A DNA stretch of 64,000 nt from an uncultured bacterium (GTDB lineage: Bacteria > Omnitrophota > Gorgyraeia > Kaelpiales > Kaelpiaceae): the NCBI GenBank assembly GCA_965541635.1, contig CBEUCN010000001.1, forward strand, positions 13,526 to 77,525. Reading direction: 5' to 3'. Of the stretch, positions 20,045-28,675 are shown piece by piece. The notes beneath the pieces are model-generated. The model made no database searches and was not told the DNA's origin. It saw only the letters and a program-made list of their open reading frames with translations. The first letter of the stretch is position 1. Each line of letters starts with the position of its first letter. Both the position numbers and the translations under genes were made by a program.

Positions 20045-21355
20045 TTAATGTCCGAAAATTATTGCCTTTTGAGTAATAAAACTACCAGCAATACAGGCAG
20101 TTAACAGACAGGCTAAAGTTGCTGCCAACAGTGCCCGCCATGAAACCTTTACTATATCAGCGGTTCTTTCCGGTACAAGTGCAGAAATTCCACCCACAAA
20201 TATAGCCATGGAAGCAATATGTGCAAATCCACATAAAGCATAGGCAATTATAACGGCTGAACGGGGGCTAGTAAATAATCCCTGAGTTATCGCTTCATTT
20301 AGATGCTGATAGGAAACAACTTCAGTAAGCACAAGTCTTTCTCCAATGATCTTACCTGCCAGAGCACAATCCTTAACTGGAATGCCAATTATTAAACTTA
20401 AAGGAAAAAATAAATATCCCAAGATATTACTCAGTGTCCAGTTAAAACGCCAATTAAATAGCATATTGAGTTTTTCTCCTATAAATCCCAAGAATAAATC
20501 TACCAGAGAAACCAGTCCCAAAATAGCAATCAAAAGAGCCACTATTCCCACGATAACTTTCACTCCTGCATTGGCTCCATTTATTATCGCTACAAAAAGA
20601 GAATTTTCTTTCTCATAGAATGGCTTTATATCCTTGCCCAAAGTTTTAGGGACTTCTGTTTCTGGTAATAAAAGTTTGGAAATTACTATAGCAGCAGGCG
20701 CAGATAAAACCGAAGCCGAAATTAAATGCCCCGCTATACTTGGGAACTGCTGCTTAAGCGTAAAAACATAAAGAGCAAGAACATTAGAAGCCACTGTAGC
20801 CATACCAGCAGTTAAAACCGTACACAGTTCAGAAACAGTCATATTTCTGAGATAGGGTCTGATTGTAAATGCCGATTCAATCCCCACAAAAATATTACTG
20901 GCAGAAGCCAAAGATTCTGCCCCAGATATCCTCATCAAACGTGAAAATAATCTGCTAAAAAATTTAATAATAACAGGCAGAATATTGAAGTAATAAAGAA
21001 TGGACATCAAACTGGAAAAGAAGATAATGGTAGGAAATGCCTGAAAGGCAAGAATAAATCCTAAAGAAGTCTCACCCTGAGGCCCCTTTTCGCCAGGGGC
21101 AAGAGCAAGTCTTCCAAATACAAATTTGGCACCAGCAGTTGCTGAATCTAAAATTTTAACCACAAAATTATTCATCGCCACAAACAACTTAGTCCCAGCA
21201 GGGATAATAAACAGGAAAACAGCAAATCCCAACTGGAGAAATATCCCCCACAATACCAGCTTCCAATTTACTGCCTTTCTATTTGCAGAAAGAAACCAAG
21301 AAATGATTATTAAAACCAAAATTCCAGAGAGACTTACTAGATTATAAATACTCAT
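20045..21355 (-). CDS. nupC: concentrative nucleoside transporter (NupC/CNT family)
   Basis: The 436-aa polytopic membrane protein has NupC-like N-terminal (LVLWGIFLQLGFAVF...) and C-terminal regions. Confidence 0.8.
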   Translation of the reverse strand: MSIYNLVSLSGILVLIIISWFLSANRKAVNWKLVLWGIFLQLGFAVFLFIIPAGTKLFVAMNNFVVKILDSATAGAKFVFGRLALAPGEKGPQGETSLGFILAFQAFPTIIFFSSLMSILYYFNILPVIIKFFSRLFSRLMRISGAESLASASNIFVGIESAFTIRPYLRNMTVSELCTVLTAGMATVASNVLALYVFTLKQQFPSIAGHLISASVLSAPAAIVISKLLLPETEVPKTLGKDIKPFYEKENSLFVAIINGANAGVKVIVGIVALLIAILGLVSLVDLFLGFIGEKLNMLFNWRFNWTLSNILGYLFFPLSLIIGIPVKDCALAGKIIGERLVLTEVVSYQHLNEAITQGLFTSPRSAVIIAYALCGFAHIASMAIFVGGISALVPERTADIVKVSWRALLAATLACLLTACIAGSFITQKAIIFGH

Positions 21356-21358
21356 ACC

Positions 21359-22471
21359 TCAGGTAGTGAGATGGTGCTTTTCCAGTTCGCGATAGGCTTT
21401 ATCTGTCAAATCTATTGCTTTCTCAGTCTCAGCCCAAGAAATCAGATGGCGCATTCCTTCTCCAAACTTAATTCTGGGTTCAAACCCCAAAACATTTCTT
21501 ATCTTTGAAATATCTGCATAGCAATGTCTAATATCGCCAATGCGATAACGACTAAGGACATTCACTCCTACATCACTTCCAAGCAAAGAAATGATAGTAT
21601 AGGCAATCTCTATTATCCTGGTTGGTTTTCCACTCCCGACATTAAAAATTTCATAATCAGCCTGAGAGTTTTCCATAGCCAGAATATTGGCAGTTATCAA
21701 ATCATCTATATAGATAAAATCTCTACTCTGTTTCCCATCTTCAAACACTAGAGGTGGCTTATTGTTTTTTACTCGCGATAGAAAAATTGCTGCTACTCCA
21801 GTATAAGGATTGGAAAGCGACTGCCTAGGTCCATAGACATTAAAATAGCGCAAAGCAACCGTGGGTATTTTGTATGCTTTTCCTACAATAAGGCACATCT
21901 CTTCCTGAACCCGTTTATTGGAAGCATATATCGATGATGGATATAATGGTTTATTTTCAGGAGTGGGAATGGGTTTAATTTTTTTATTACAGTTGGGGCA
22001 ATACAGTTCCCAATCTTTCCTTTTCAATTGTTTTTGTTCCCTTTTCTGGGGATAGACGACCCCACAGTTCTTACACTTATATGCTCCCTCTCCATATATT
22101 GACATGCTGGAAGCTACAATTAATTTCTTAACTTTATTTCTAGTATTAACCAATACATCCAGAAGTACTGCAGTCCCTGTTAGGTTATGGGAGGTATATT
22201 TTTCTATCTGGTACATTGATTGCCCCACTCCCACCTGAGAAGCAAGATGAAAAATTACTTCTACACCACGTATTGCTTTCTTAAGACTATCTTTGTCTCT
22301 GATATCCGCAAAAATATATTCTGCATTTTTATTTAGATATTGAGGTTTTTTCCCATGATGAACCTGGTACTCTAATAAATCATAGACTTTAACTTTATAA
22401 CCATCATTAACCAGTCTATCTACTAAATGAGAGCCAATAAAACCACATCCTCCAGTTACAAGTACTTTCAT
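21359..22471 (-). CDS. NAD-dependent sugar epimerase/dehydratase (SDR) with an internal zinc-ribbon insertion
   Basis: Rossmann GGCGFIGSH, catalytic YASNK, and an inserted CKNCGVVYPQK...YCPNCNKK zinc ribbon located just before the YxxxK motif. Confidence 0.75.
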   Translation of the reverse strand: MKVLVTGGCGFIGSHLVDRLVNDGYKVKVYDLLEYQVHHGKKPQYLNKNAEYIFADIRDKDSLKKAIRGVEVIFHLASQVGVGQSMYQIEKYTSHNLTGTAVLLDVLVNTRNKVKKLIVASSMSIYGEGAYKCKNCGVVYPQKREQKQLKRKDWELYCPNCNKKIKPIPTPENKPLYPSSIYASNKRVQEEMCLIVGKAYKIPTVALRYFNVYGPRQSLSNPYTGVAAIFLSRVKNNKPPLVFEDGKQSRDFIYIDDLITANILAMENSQADYEIFNVGSGKPTRIIEIAYTIISLLGSDVGVNVLSRYRIGDIRHCYADISKIRNVLGFEPRIKFGEGMRHLISWAETEKAIDLTDKAYRELEKHHLTT

Positions 22472-22537
22472 AATTGGAAAATAATTTTTTATAAAATAAT
22501 AAAATCAACTCTGGTAATTATCAATAAAATTTCTGTC

Positions 22538-23539
22538 CTAAATGTGAAACTCAATTATATCTTTATCCTGAAGAATATAATCACGAGGAACTCTCTGACC
22601 ATCAAATTTTGCGGACCCCCATATGCGAGCATACTTTAGTTTCCGAGAGAAATCCTTATGGAGTTTTTCAGCAGCATCAATAACTCTTGCTCCTTGAGGT
22701 AAAATTAAAGGATCATTTAAATCCGCAGGCTGTCCTGGTTGTTTGGTATAAACTCTGATTATTCCCAGATTTTCAAATATGTATTTTTTAAATTCATTTA
22801 AATTTCTTCCCTGCTGGATAGATACTAAAATTAATGTCCAGGCTTGACCAAGTTTATTTTTTAAAACTTCACATCTCTGCTCCCCACCTGGGGTATCAAT
22901 CTTGTTCCCACATATAATAGTCTTTTTAAGCACCGGACCTTCCAGTTCTTCATGTTCATCTTCTTTCTGTAGGATGTCACTTTTAAGGTAGATGTTTTGG
23001 GATTGTAAATAATTTTTAATATTTACAAACTCATCCCAGAAATTATCATGAGATAAATCCACAATAAAAACAACCAGATCCGAACTTCTAACAATTTCTC
23101 TTTGCCACCAAGGGACTTCTTCATTAGCAAATGGAGGCAAATCTATTATCTGAATTTGAACATCCTCATAAGGCATCATACCTATGTTGGGCTGAGTGGT
23201 GGTAAAAGGATAATCTGCTATTTCCGGTTGAGCATTGGTTATCATTTTAAGTAACGAAGATTTTCCGCAATTAGGAGGACCAATCAAAACCACCCGGCCT
23301 GCTCCTTCCTTTTTAGGAAGAATAAATCCCACGCCTCTTCTTTTCTGCTTCTGAATTTGTAGTTCTTCTTTTAACTGGGCAATTTTTCTCTTTATATCTG
23401 CCTGAAGTTTATCAGTCCCTTTGTGTTTGGGCATTACTGCATACATTTCTTTAAGAGCAGAAATCTTTTCTTCCAGAGTTTTAGACTCTCTATACTTCTG
23501 ATAAGCGGCGTGATATTGTGGTGGCAAATTCGCAGGCAT
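22538..23539 (-). CDS. DRG/Obg-family GTPase with a C-terminal TGS domain
   Basis: The N-terminal coiled region, G1 [26 protein letters not shown] and the C-terminal TGS beta-grasp (RVYTK...IIEFHI) parallel the DRG architecture. Confidence 0.7.
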   Translation of the reverse strand: MPANLPPQYHAAYQKYRESKTLEEKISALKEMYAVMPKHKGTDKLQADIKRKIAQLKEELQIQKQKRRGVGFILPKKEGAGRVVLIGPPNCGKSSLLKMITNAQPEIADYPFTTTQPNIGMMPYEDVQIQIIDLPPFANEEVPWWQREIVRSSDLVVFIVDLSHDNFWDEFVNIKNYLQSQNIYLKSDILQKEDEHEELEGPVLKKTIICGNKIDTPGGEQRCEVLKNKLGQAWTLILVSIQQGRNLNEFKKYIFENLGIIRVYTKQPGQPADLNDPLILPQGARVIDAAEKLHKDFSRKLKYARIWGSAKFDGQRVPRDYILQDKDIIEFHI

Positions 23540-23545
23540 ATTTAA

Positions 23546-23574
23546 ATTATAAATTCAGATCGTTTAAAAAACAA
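23546..23574 (-). promoter_or_regulatory. candidate promoter for the DRG-like GTPase gene
   Basis: The minus strand reads TTGTTT-17 nt-TATAAT, ending 6 nt before the ATG at 23539. This would give a near-leaderless transcript. Matches of this quality are common by chance in AT-rich DNA. Confidence 0.25.
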
Positions 23575-23642
23575 GTATTGTAACATCCTGACTATCAATC
23601 ACAACCATCTTCCACCGCGTAGGTGGACAGGAGGTCCGTTGG

Positions 23643-23864
23643 TTAAATAAGAAGAACCAGAAAAGAAACAACAATAATTGCAACTAATATTATCATCCAC
23701 TTAGGGAAAGATGACTTAGCAATTTTATTACCGCAATAATAGCATAATAAAGCATCATAGGGTATGAGATTTTTACAATGAGGGCACTCCACCATGTGAT
23801 TGAAATCCAGATTTTCTGGTTCTTCAGTTACTTCCTGATAGTCAAAATAATCCTCAACCATCAT
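23643..23864 (-). CDS. small zinc-ribbon protein with a C-terminal transmembrane helix
   Basis: 73 aa with CPHC...CYYC and a hydrophobic tail MIILVAIIVVSFLVLLI. It overlaps the LOG-family gene by 4 nt. Confidence 0.5.
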   Translation of the reverse strand: MMVEDYFDYQEVTEEPENLDFNHMVECPHCKNLIPYDALLCYYCGNKIAKSSFPKWMIILVAIIVVSFLVLLI

Positions 23865-24337
23865 TCTGTTAATAATTCAAACACCTTATTCACAGCTTCT
23901 TCAGGGGTAGAGACATAAATTACATTTTTATCTTGTTCTCCATCGTAAACAAGTTCCCATGATTTTAATGCAACTATTGGCTTTTTGTACAGAAGAGCAA
24001 ATGCAATTTCAGTGAGAGTTCCATAGGCTCCATCAATAGCTATTATCACATCACTGTTTAATACTACTAATAAATTCCTTGCTTCTCCTAACCCAGTGAC
24101 TATTGGAATATCAATATATGGATTGGCATCATAAACACTTCTGGTAGGAAGGATACCTATGGTTTTACCTCCTGCTCGTTTTGCTCCCTTACATACTGCC
24201 TCCATTACTCCCCCCATTCCCCCACATACAATTATTCCTCCCCGAGAAGCGACAAGGTTCCCCACTATTTCTGCTATATTTAAAATTGATTTATCAGCGA
24301 TACTTCCTCCAATTACTCCTATACGAGGATTTATCAT
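23861..24337 (-). CDS. LOG-family / TIGR00725 Rossmann-fold nucleotide-binding protein (putative nucleotide 5'-monophosphate phosphoribohydrolase)
   Basis: GGSIAD...VCGGMGGVMEAV...DGAYGTLTE, matching the LOG GGxG / PGGxGTxxE pattern. Confidence 0.7.
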   Translation of the reverse strand: MINPRIGVIGGSIADKSILNIAEIVGNLVASRGGIIVCGGMGGVMEAVCKGAKRAGGKTIGILPTRSVYDANPYIDIPIVTGLGEARNLLVVLNSDVIIAIDGAYGTLTEIAFALLYKKPIVALKSWELVYDGEQDKNVIYVSTPEEAVNKVFELLTE

Positions 24338-25240
24338 TTATTTATATCCTAACCGATTTAAAGCCATACTATCTCTTCTCCATTTTTCATACACCTTTAC
24401 CCAAAGGTCAAGAAAAACCCTTCTCCCTAAAAATCTTTCTATTTCCATTCGGGCTTTGGTTCCTATTTTTTTAAGCATTTTTCCATCATGACCTATAATT
24501 ATTTTCTTTTGACTGGGGCGCTCCACATATATTATGGCTTTAATATAAATTAGATTTTTTTCTTCCCTTTCTTTAAACTCATCCACTACTACTGCCACTG
24601 AATGAGGAATCTCTTCATAAGTATTTTCCAGAATTTTTTCTCTTATTAACTCTGCGACATGAAATTTTTGCGGTTTATCACTTAATTGATCCTGAGGATA
24701 TAACGGAGGTGATTGAGGAAGAAATTCTACAATTTTTTGAAGCAAAAGGTCCGTATTTTCTCCCTCGAGAGCACTTATGGGAATATACTCATCAAACTCA
24801 GCAATCTTCCTGACCTCATCTAGAATGGGAAGTAATTCTGGTTTGTTTATAGCATCTATTTTGTTCACCACCAAGGTCTTCTTCTTTTCATACTCACTTA
24901 CCAACTCCAAAAGATGTCTATCTTCAGGTTCTATGCCAGTGGTGGCATCAAGCATAACTAAAATTACATCTGCATCTTCCAGCGATGATTCTGCCTCTCT
25001 CACCATATATTTTCCTAAAAGATGTTTGGGCTCATGAATCCCAGGAGTATCTACAAATATTATCTGATAATTATCCTGATTTAAAATGGCAAGAATTCTG
25101 TTCCTGGTAGTCTGAGGTTTAGGGGAAATAATAGAAATTTTTTCTCCCAGATACCTGTTTATAAGCGTAGATTTACCCACATTGGGTTTACCCACAACGG
25201 CTACTAACCCCGCCTTGAAATTATCGAATCTTTGCTCCAT
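24338..25240 (-). CDS. era: GTPase Era
   Basis: G1 GKPNVGKSTL, DTPG, NKID, plus a C-terminal KH domain. Confidence 0.95.
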   Translation of the reverse strand: MEQRFDNFKAGLVAVVGKPNVGKSTLINRYLGEKISIISPKPQTTRNRILAILNQDNYQIIFVDTPGIHEPKHLLGKYMVREAESSLEDADVILVMLDATTGIEPEDRHLLELVSEYEKKKTLVVNKIDAINKPELLPILDEVRKIAEFDEYIPISALEGENTDLLLQKIVEFLPQSPPLYPQDQLSDKPQKFHVAELIREKILENTYEEIPHSVAVVVDEFKEREEKNLIYIKAIIYVERPSQKKIIIGHDGKMLKKIGTKARMEIERFLGRRVFLDLWVKVYEKWRRDSMALNRLGYK

Positions 25241-25541
25241 TTTCTACTCTTCTATCCGGAATCAAAAGAGATACTCCCTGAGAATCCTGAGCAGCAAGAA
25301 GCATACCTTCACTTTTCACTCCTCTAATTATTGCTGGTTGTAGATTTTTTATAACCACAATCTGCCTTCCTTTCAGTTCCTCTTTAGAATAGTAAGACTT
25401 AATACCTGCCACTAGTTCTCTCTCTTCATTTCCCAATGTTACTTTCAATACATACAGCTTATCAGCATTGGGATGGTCATTTACTTCTGTAATTTCACCA
25501 ATAACTAACTCCATCTTCTGAAAATCATCAAAACTTATCAT
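25221..25541 (-). CDS. tRNA-binding (EMAP/CsaA-like OB-fold) domain protein
   Basis: GEITEVNDHPNADKLYVLKV...SEGMLLAA is typical of the PF01588 tRNA-binding domain. Confidence 0.75.
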   Translation of the reverse strand: MISFDDFQKMELVIGEITEVNDHPNADKLYVLKVTLGNEERELVAGIKSYYSKEELKGRQIVVIKNLQPAIIRGVKSEGMLLAAQDSQGVSLLIPDRRVENGAKIR

Positions 25542-26056
25542 CTGTTCCTCCTTTCTTTAATTAAACTTCTCACATCTTCTTCACTCCAAATCATAATTCC
25601 ATTTTCTTTTAATAATGCTGCAGTAACTCCGTCACCCGGTTTTAATCTGCCTCTGAAACTGCCATCATAAATCCAATCCTTTCCACATGATGGACTGCGG
25701 GCTTTAAGTACAGCATAGTTTATTTTATTTTCTTTGACAATTTTCAAAACTTTATTTGCTCCTGTTATAAAAAAACTTGTTACATCCTCACCCTTTTCAT
25801 TGATAACAATGGCATCTCCTGCAAGCACTGCTTTACCATCACCGTTTTTAATCTCGCTCCGAAAACGAGGAGAACTAAGTCCACCTAACATTTCAGGGCA
25901 GACATCTATTATTTTTCTGCCAGAAATAAATTCTAAAACCCATCTATTTTTTCTATGATTACCATCATAAGCACATTTTTTACCGATAAGACAGGAACTA
26001 ACCAGAATTTTATCACCGCTGTTGGGGAGGGAGACAAGTTTTATGTTTTTTGACAT
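25538..26056 (-). CDS. DUF523 family protein (TudS-like, putative thio-nucleobase desulfurase)
   Basis: ILVSSCLIGKKCAYDGNH...SPSCG Cys pattern of DUF523. The reported start overlaps the PilZ gene by 44 nt, so the true start may lie downstream. Confidence 0.6.
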   Translation of the reverse strand: MSKNIKLVSLPNSGDKILVSSCLIGKKCAYDGNHRKNRWVLEFISGRKIIDVCPEMLGGLSSPRFRSEIKNGDGKAVLAGDAIVINEKGEDVTSFFITGANKVLKIVKENKINYAVLKARSPSCGKDWIYDGSFRGRLKPGDGVTAALLKENGIMIWSEEDVRSLIKERRNR

Positions 26057-26378
26057 ACTCGGCTATTTTGGCTCGATCACTTCTCTTCATTCTGTTAAAA
26101 AAAATTGCTACACGATAATGATTAAGACGCGTCTGGGGATGCTCTGGTTCTACTCTCACAACTATTCCCTCACACTCTATTTTGCGGCTTCTTTTTCCTT
26201 GAGGAAGAAGCATCAAAATCTTTAACCTCGTCATTACCGGTATGTAATCATCTACTTCACAATATAGACCTCCACAACTTAAATTTATACTCTGAGTGAT
26301 AAAGTCTGCCTCCTCTCCAAATAATTTGATTGGGAGTTGAGCAGAAATACGGAAATATTTCCTTCTTTCTTCCACCAT
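26013..26378 (-). CDS. PilZ-domain protein (c-di-GMP receptor-like)
   Basis: RRKYFR (RxxxR) and NLSCGG (D/NxSxGG) motifs in a 121-aa protein. Confidence 0.7.
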   Translation of the reverse strand: MVEERRKYFRISAQLPIKLFGEEADFITQSINLSCGGLYCEVDDYIPVMTRLKILMLLPQGKRSRKIECEGIVVRVEPEHPQTRLNHYRVAIFFNRMKRSDRAKIAEYVKKHKTCLPPQQR

Positions 26379-26452
26379 GGGATTTATTTTAAAACATTCT
26401 CTTTAATTTTTCACCTCAATTTTTCTTTACTCCTGTAACTCATAACTACCTT

Positions 26453-26525
26453 CGCCCCCTGGGAGAATCGAACTCCCATCCCAGGCTCCGGAGGCCCGTG
26501 CTTTATCCCATTAAGCTAAGGGGGC
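26453..26525 (-). tRNA. tRNA-Arg (anticodon CCG)
   Basis: A 73-nt cloverleaf was built by hand. Acceptor GCCCCCU/AGGGGGC, D-stem GCUU/AAGC, anticodon stem CGGGC/GCCUG, loop CUCCGGA, T-arm GGGAG-UUCGAUU-CUCCC, discriminator G. No CCA is encoded. Confidence 0.85.
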
Positions 26526-26533
26526 TATCATTA

Positions 26534-27004
26534 CTATTTTAACCGCATGATTATTTCCAGTAAACTCTTTCTTCTGGCTTTGGGGATTTGCACCTCGACT
26601 ATACTATTCTGATAGAAACCGCACCCCACTACATTACCATCATAATTTAAAGCTACATATCCAGGAGTCAATTCCTGATTATAGATTATTCTGCCCCGCA
26701 ATAAAATCTCTTTAAGATCACCGAGGTTTAAATTCACAATATTTCTGGTTATTCTGTGGCCAAGATAAATCAATCCCCAGGAAGTTGGTTTTAAACTTTT
26801 TCCTAACTTCCGAACAAACGGGAATCCCAAACTGGAAATCTTATCCTCAAATGCCACATCAAGATTTAAAATAACAGGATTTATAATCCATCCCTTATCT
26901 TTTCTAAAGAATATAGTGTGTTCTATCCAGAAAGATTCCGGAATACCAAACCTCCTTAAGAAATAGTCTTTAACCTCCTCAAGATAATTTTCTGAGTTTT
27001 GCAA
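26534..27004 (-). CDS. C-terminal (RNA-binding/PUA-like) portion of a split NOL1/NOP2/Sun RNA m5C methyltransferase gene
   Basis: This frame opens only 26 nt before the methyltransferase-domain ORF ends, and the reported start codon is TTG. It would fuse in frame with 26979..27869 by removing one A in an AGAAAAT run. Confidence 0.5.
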   Translation of the reverse strand: MQNSENYLEEVKDYFLRRFGIPESFWIEHTIFFRKDKGWIINPVILNLDVAFEDKISSLGFPFVRKLGKSLKPTSWGLIYLGHRITRNIVNLNLGDLKEILLRGRIIYNQELTPGYVALNYDGNVVGCGFYQNSIVEVQIPKARRKSLLEIIMRLK

Positions 27005-27869
27005 TATAGACTCCTCCGGAATTTAAGTGATGAGGATATATCCGCACAGTATTGACGAGATCAGAATGAAGATTTTTGTTCTGCCACTTAGTTATTCCGG
27101 GAGCATGAGGTATACTAAGATCTATTTTTTCTATTTTTACATTTCGCCTGTTTATAACATAGTCTATTACCATCTCATTCTCTTCTGGCGCCAAGGTACA
27201 AGTAGAATAAACCAAAATCCCTCCTGGCTGTAATATATCTATCGCCCTCTGAATAAGTCCCTTCTGAATCCCTGAAATGTTGCGGATAAATCCTGGTTCT
27301 GCTCCTTTCAGTCTTCTGGGATCTTTACGCATATTTCCTTCTCCGGAACAGGGAGCATCAAGTAATATTTTGTCAAATTTAACCTTGTTTGGGAAAAATA
27401 ATCCATTGTAATTGGTAACTACAGCAGAGGTAACACCCATTCTATAAATATTGGAAAGTAATGCCCGCATTCGTTGAAAACCAATATCATTTGCCCATAT
27501 TACTGCCTTGTTTCTGGATAACTGAGCAATAAAAGTGGTCTTACCACCAGGAGCAGCACAGAGATCAAGGATTTTTTCTTCAGGCTGGGGATCTAAAACC
27601 AAAACAGGAATAAATGAACTTGCCTCCTGAATATAATAATACCCAAGCCAATGCTCCACAGTTTTAGAAATATCATGATTAGATACTATTTCATAGCCAT
27701 AATCACAAAAATCAAACCTGTGAAACTTCCATCCCTGTTTGGTAAATATTTCTTCCAAGTGGTGAGGAGAAATTTTTATACTATTAACCCGTAGAGTCTT
27801 AGGAAGCGGTTGATAACAGAAACGAAGAAATTCTTCCCACTCAGGAATTATTTCCCGATATCGCTCCAT
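26979..27869 (-). CDS. NOL1/NOP2/Sun-family RNA (cytosine-C5)-methyltransferase catalytic domain (RsmB/RsmF/Trm4-like), apparently frameshifted
   Basis: SAM site DLCAAPGGKT; catalytic motifs LLDAPCSGEG and TCTL; ends ...GGVYIAKLRKLS. Confidence 0.8.
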   Translation of the reverse strand: MERYREIIPEWEEFLRFCYQPLPKTLRVNSIKISPHHLEEIFTKQGWKFHRFDFCDYGYEIVSNHDISKTVEHWLGYYYIQEASSFIPVLVLDPQPEEKILDLCAAPGGKTTFIAQLSRNKAVIWANDIGFQRMRALLSNIYRMGVTSAVVTNYNGLFFPNKVKFDKILLDAPCSGEGNMRKDPRRLKGAEPGFIRNISGIQKGLIQRAIDILQPGGILVYSTCTLAPEENEMVIDYVINRRNVKIEKIDLSIPHAPGITKWQNKNLHSDLVNTVRIYPHHLNSGGVYIAKLRKLS

Positions 27870-27874
27870 TAAGA

Positions 27875-28507
27875 TTATTCACTAACAGGAAGAGTAATTA
27901 ATTCTATTTCTGAAGGCAGGTTGGATTTAAAGATTTTAAGATCCTGCTCAGACCCTACAATTTTACCATAATGCATGGGAATTACCTTAGTAGCTTTCAT
28001 AATTCTGGCTGCCTGAGATGCTTCTTTTGCATTCATGGTATAGGTACCACCGATTGGCAATAGTGCTATATCTGGCTGTAATCCTTCCATCTCAGGGATT
28101 AAATCAGTATCTCCAAGATGATAAATTTTACTGTCTCCCAGATAAATAATATATCCTACCCAGTTATTGGATCGGGGATGAAATTGTTTATTTATATTAT
28201 ATGCTGGAACTGCCTGGAATTTAATCCCCAAAACTTCGTTTTCTTCTCCCGGCTTAACACATATATATTCACAATCAGACGGGATTTTATCTCTAATATC
28301 CTCAGGGCCTACAACATAAGTTCCTTTCTTTGATATTTTTTCTATATCCTGAAGGGAGAAATGGTCAAAATGAGAATGGGTTACAAATATAATATCTGCA
28401 GGTTTAGGATTTTTAATCTCCCAGGGATCGATATATATTACCTTATCATCGAATGTAATCCTGAAACTGGCATGTCCCAACCATTCAATATTGCCAGAAG
28501 CCAACAT
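27875..28507 (-). CDS. MBL-fold metal-dependent hydrolase (UPF0173-like)
   Basis: HSHFDH metal-binding motif and a beta-lactamase fold. Strong Shine-Dalgarno AAGGAGG 8 nt upstream. Confidence 0.75.
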   Translation of the reverse strand: MLASGNIEWLGHASFRITFDDKVIYIDPWEIKNPKPADIIFVTHSHFDHFSLQDIEKISKKGTYVVGPEDIRDKIPSDCEYICVKPGEENEVLGIKFQAVPAYNINKQFHPRSNNWVGYIIYLGDSKIYHLGDTDLIPEMEGLQPDIALLPIGGTYTMNAKEASQAARIMKATKVIPMHYGKIVGSEQDLKIFKSNLPSEIELITLPVSE

Positions 28508-28510
28508 TAT

Positions 28511-28675
28511 TCATCCCTCCTTCTTTGCTTCCTGTTTCTGCTTAGCATCAAAAGCCTGCCAGCATCTCTTATTACAGAAATAGTTACCATTGCGATAATA
28601 CCACTTTTTCTTACTCAACTTCTTATTGCAATTTTTACAATTAGTTGGTTTTTTTCCCTCTTTTGGTTTAGCCAT
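28511..28675 (-). CDS. 54-aa zinc-ribbon protein with a TRASH/YHS-like pattern (not in the ORF track)
   Basis: Manual translation gives MAKPKEGKKPTNCKNCNKKLSKKKWYYRNGNYFCNKRCWQAFDAKQKQEAKKEG, a C-x2-C-x17-C-x3-C pattern with YFC..C...F. The ATG overlaps the stop of the upstream ORF by 8 nt. The stop lies 3 nt before the MBL start and inside its Shine-Dalgarno sequence. Confidence 0.55.
   Translation of the reverse strand: MAKPKEGKKPTNCKNCNKKLSKKKWYYRNGNYFCNKRCWQAFDAKQKQEAKKEG

Noticed and set aside
22472-22537. Promoter-like TTGATA-17-TATTAT upstream of the Zn-ribbon epimerase gene, and similar matches in the 19978-20044 gap
   Set aside because: In roughly 65% AT sequence, matches of this quality are expected by chance. 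Only the PyrR-associated promoter (consensus -35, 17-nt spacer, followed by a recognisable regulatory RNA) was given real weight.
23611-23630. Inverted repeat CCACCGCGTAGGTGG downstream of the 73-aa zinc-ribbon gene
   Set aside because: Short 5-bp stem with no following U-tract on the transcribed strand, so it was not called as a terminator.
26379-26533. Possible integration hotspot at tRNA-Arg (integrase, direct repeats of the tRNA 3' end)
   Set aside because: No integrase/recombinase ORF and no duplicated tRNA 3' segment was found in flanking sequence. Neighbouring genes are housekeeping.
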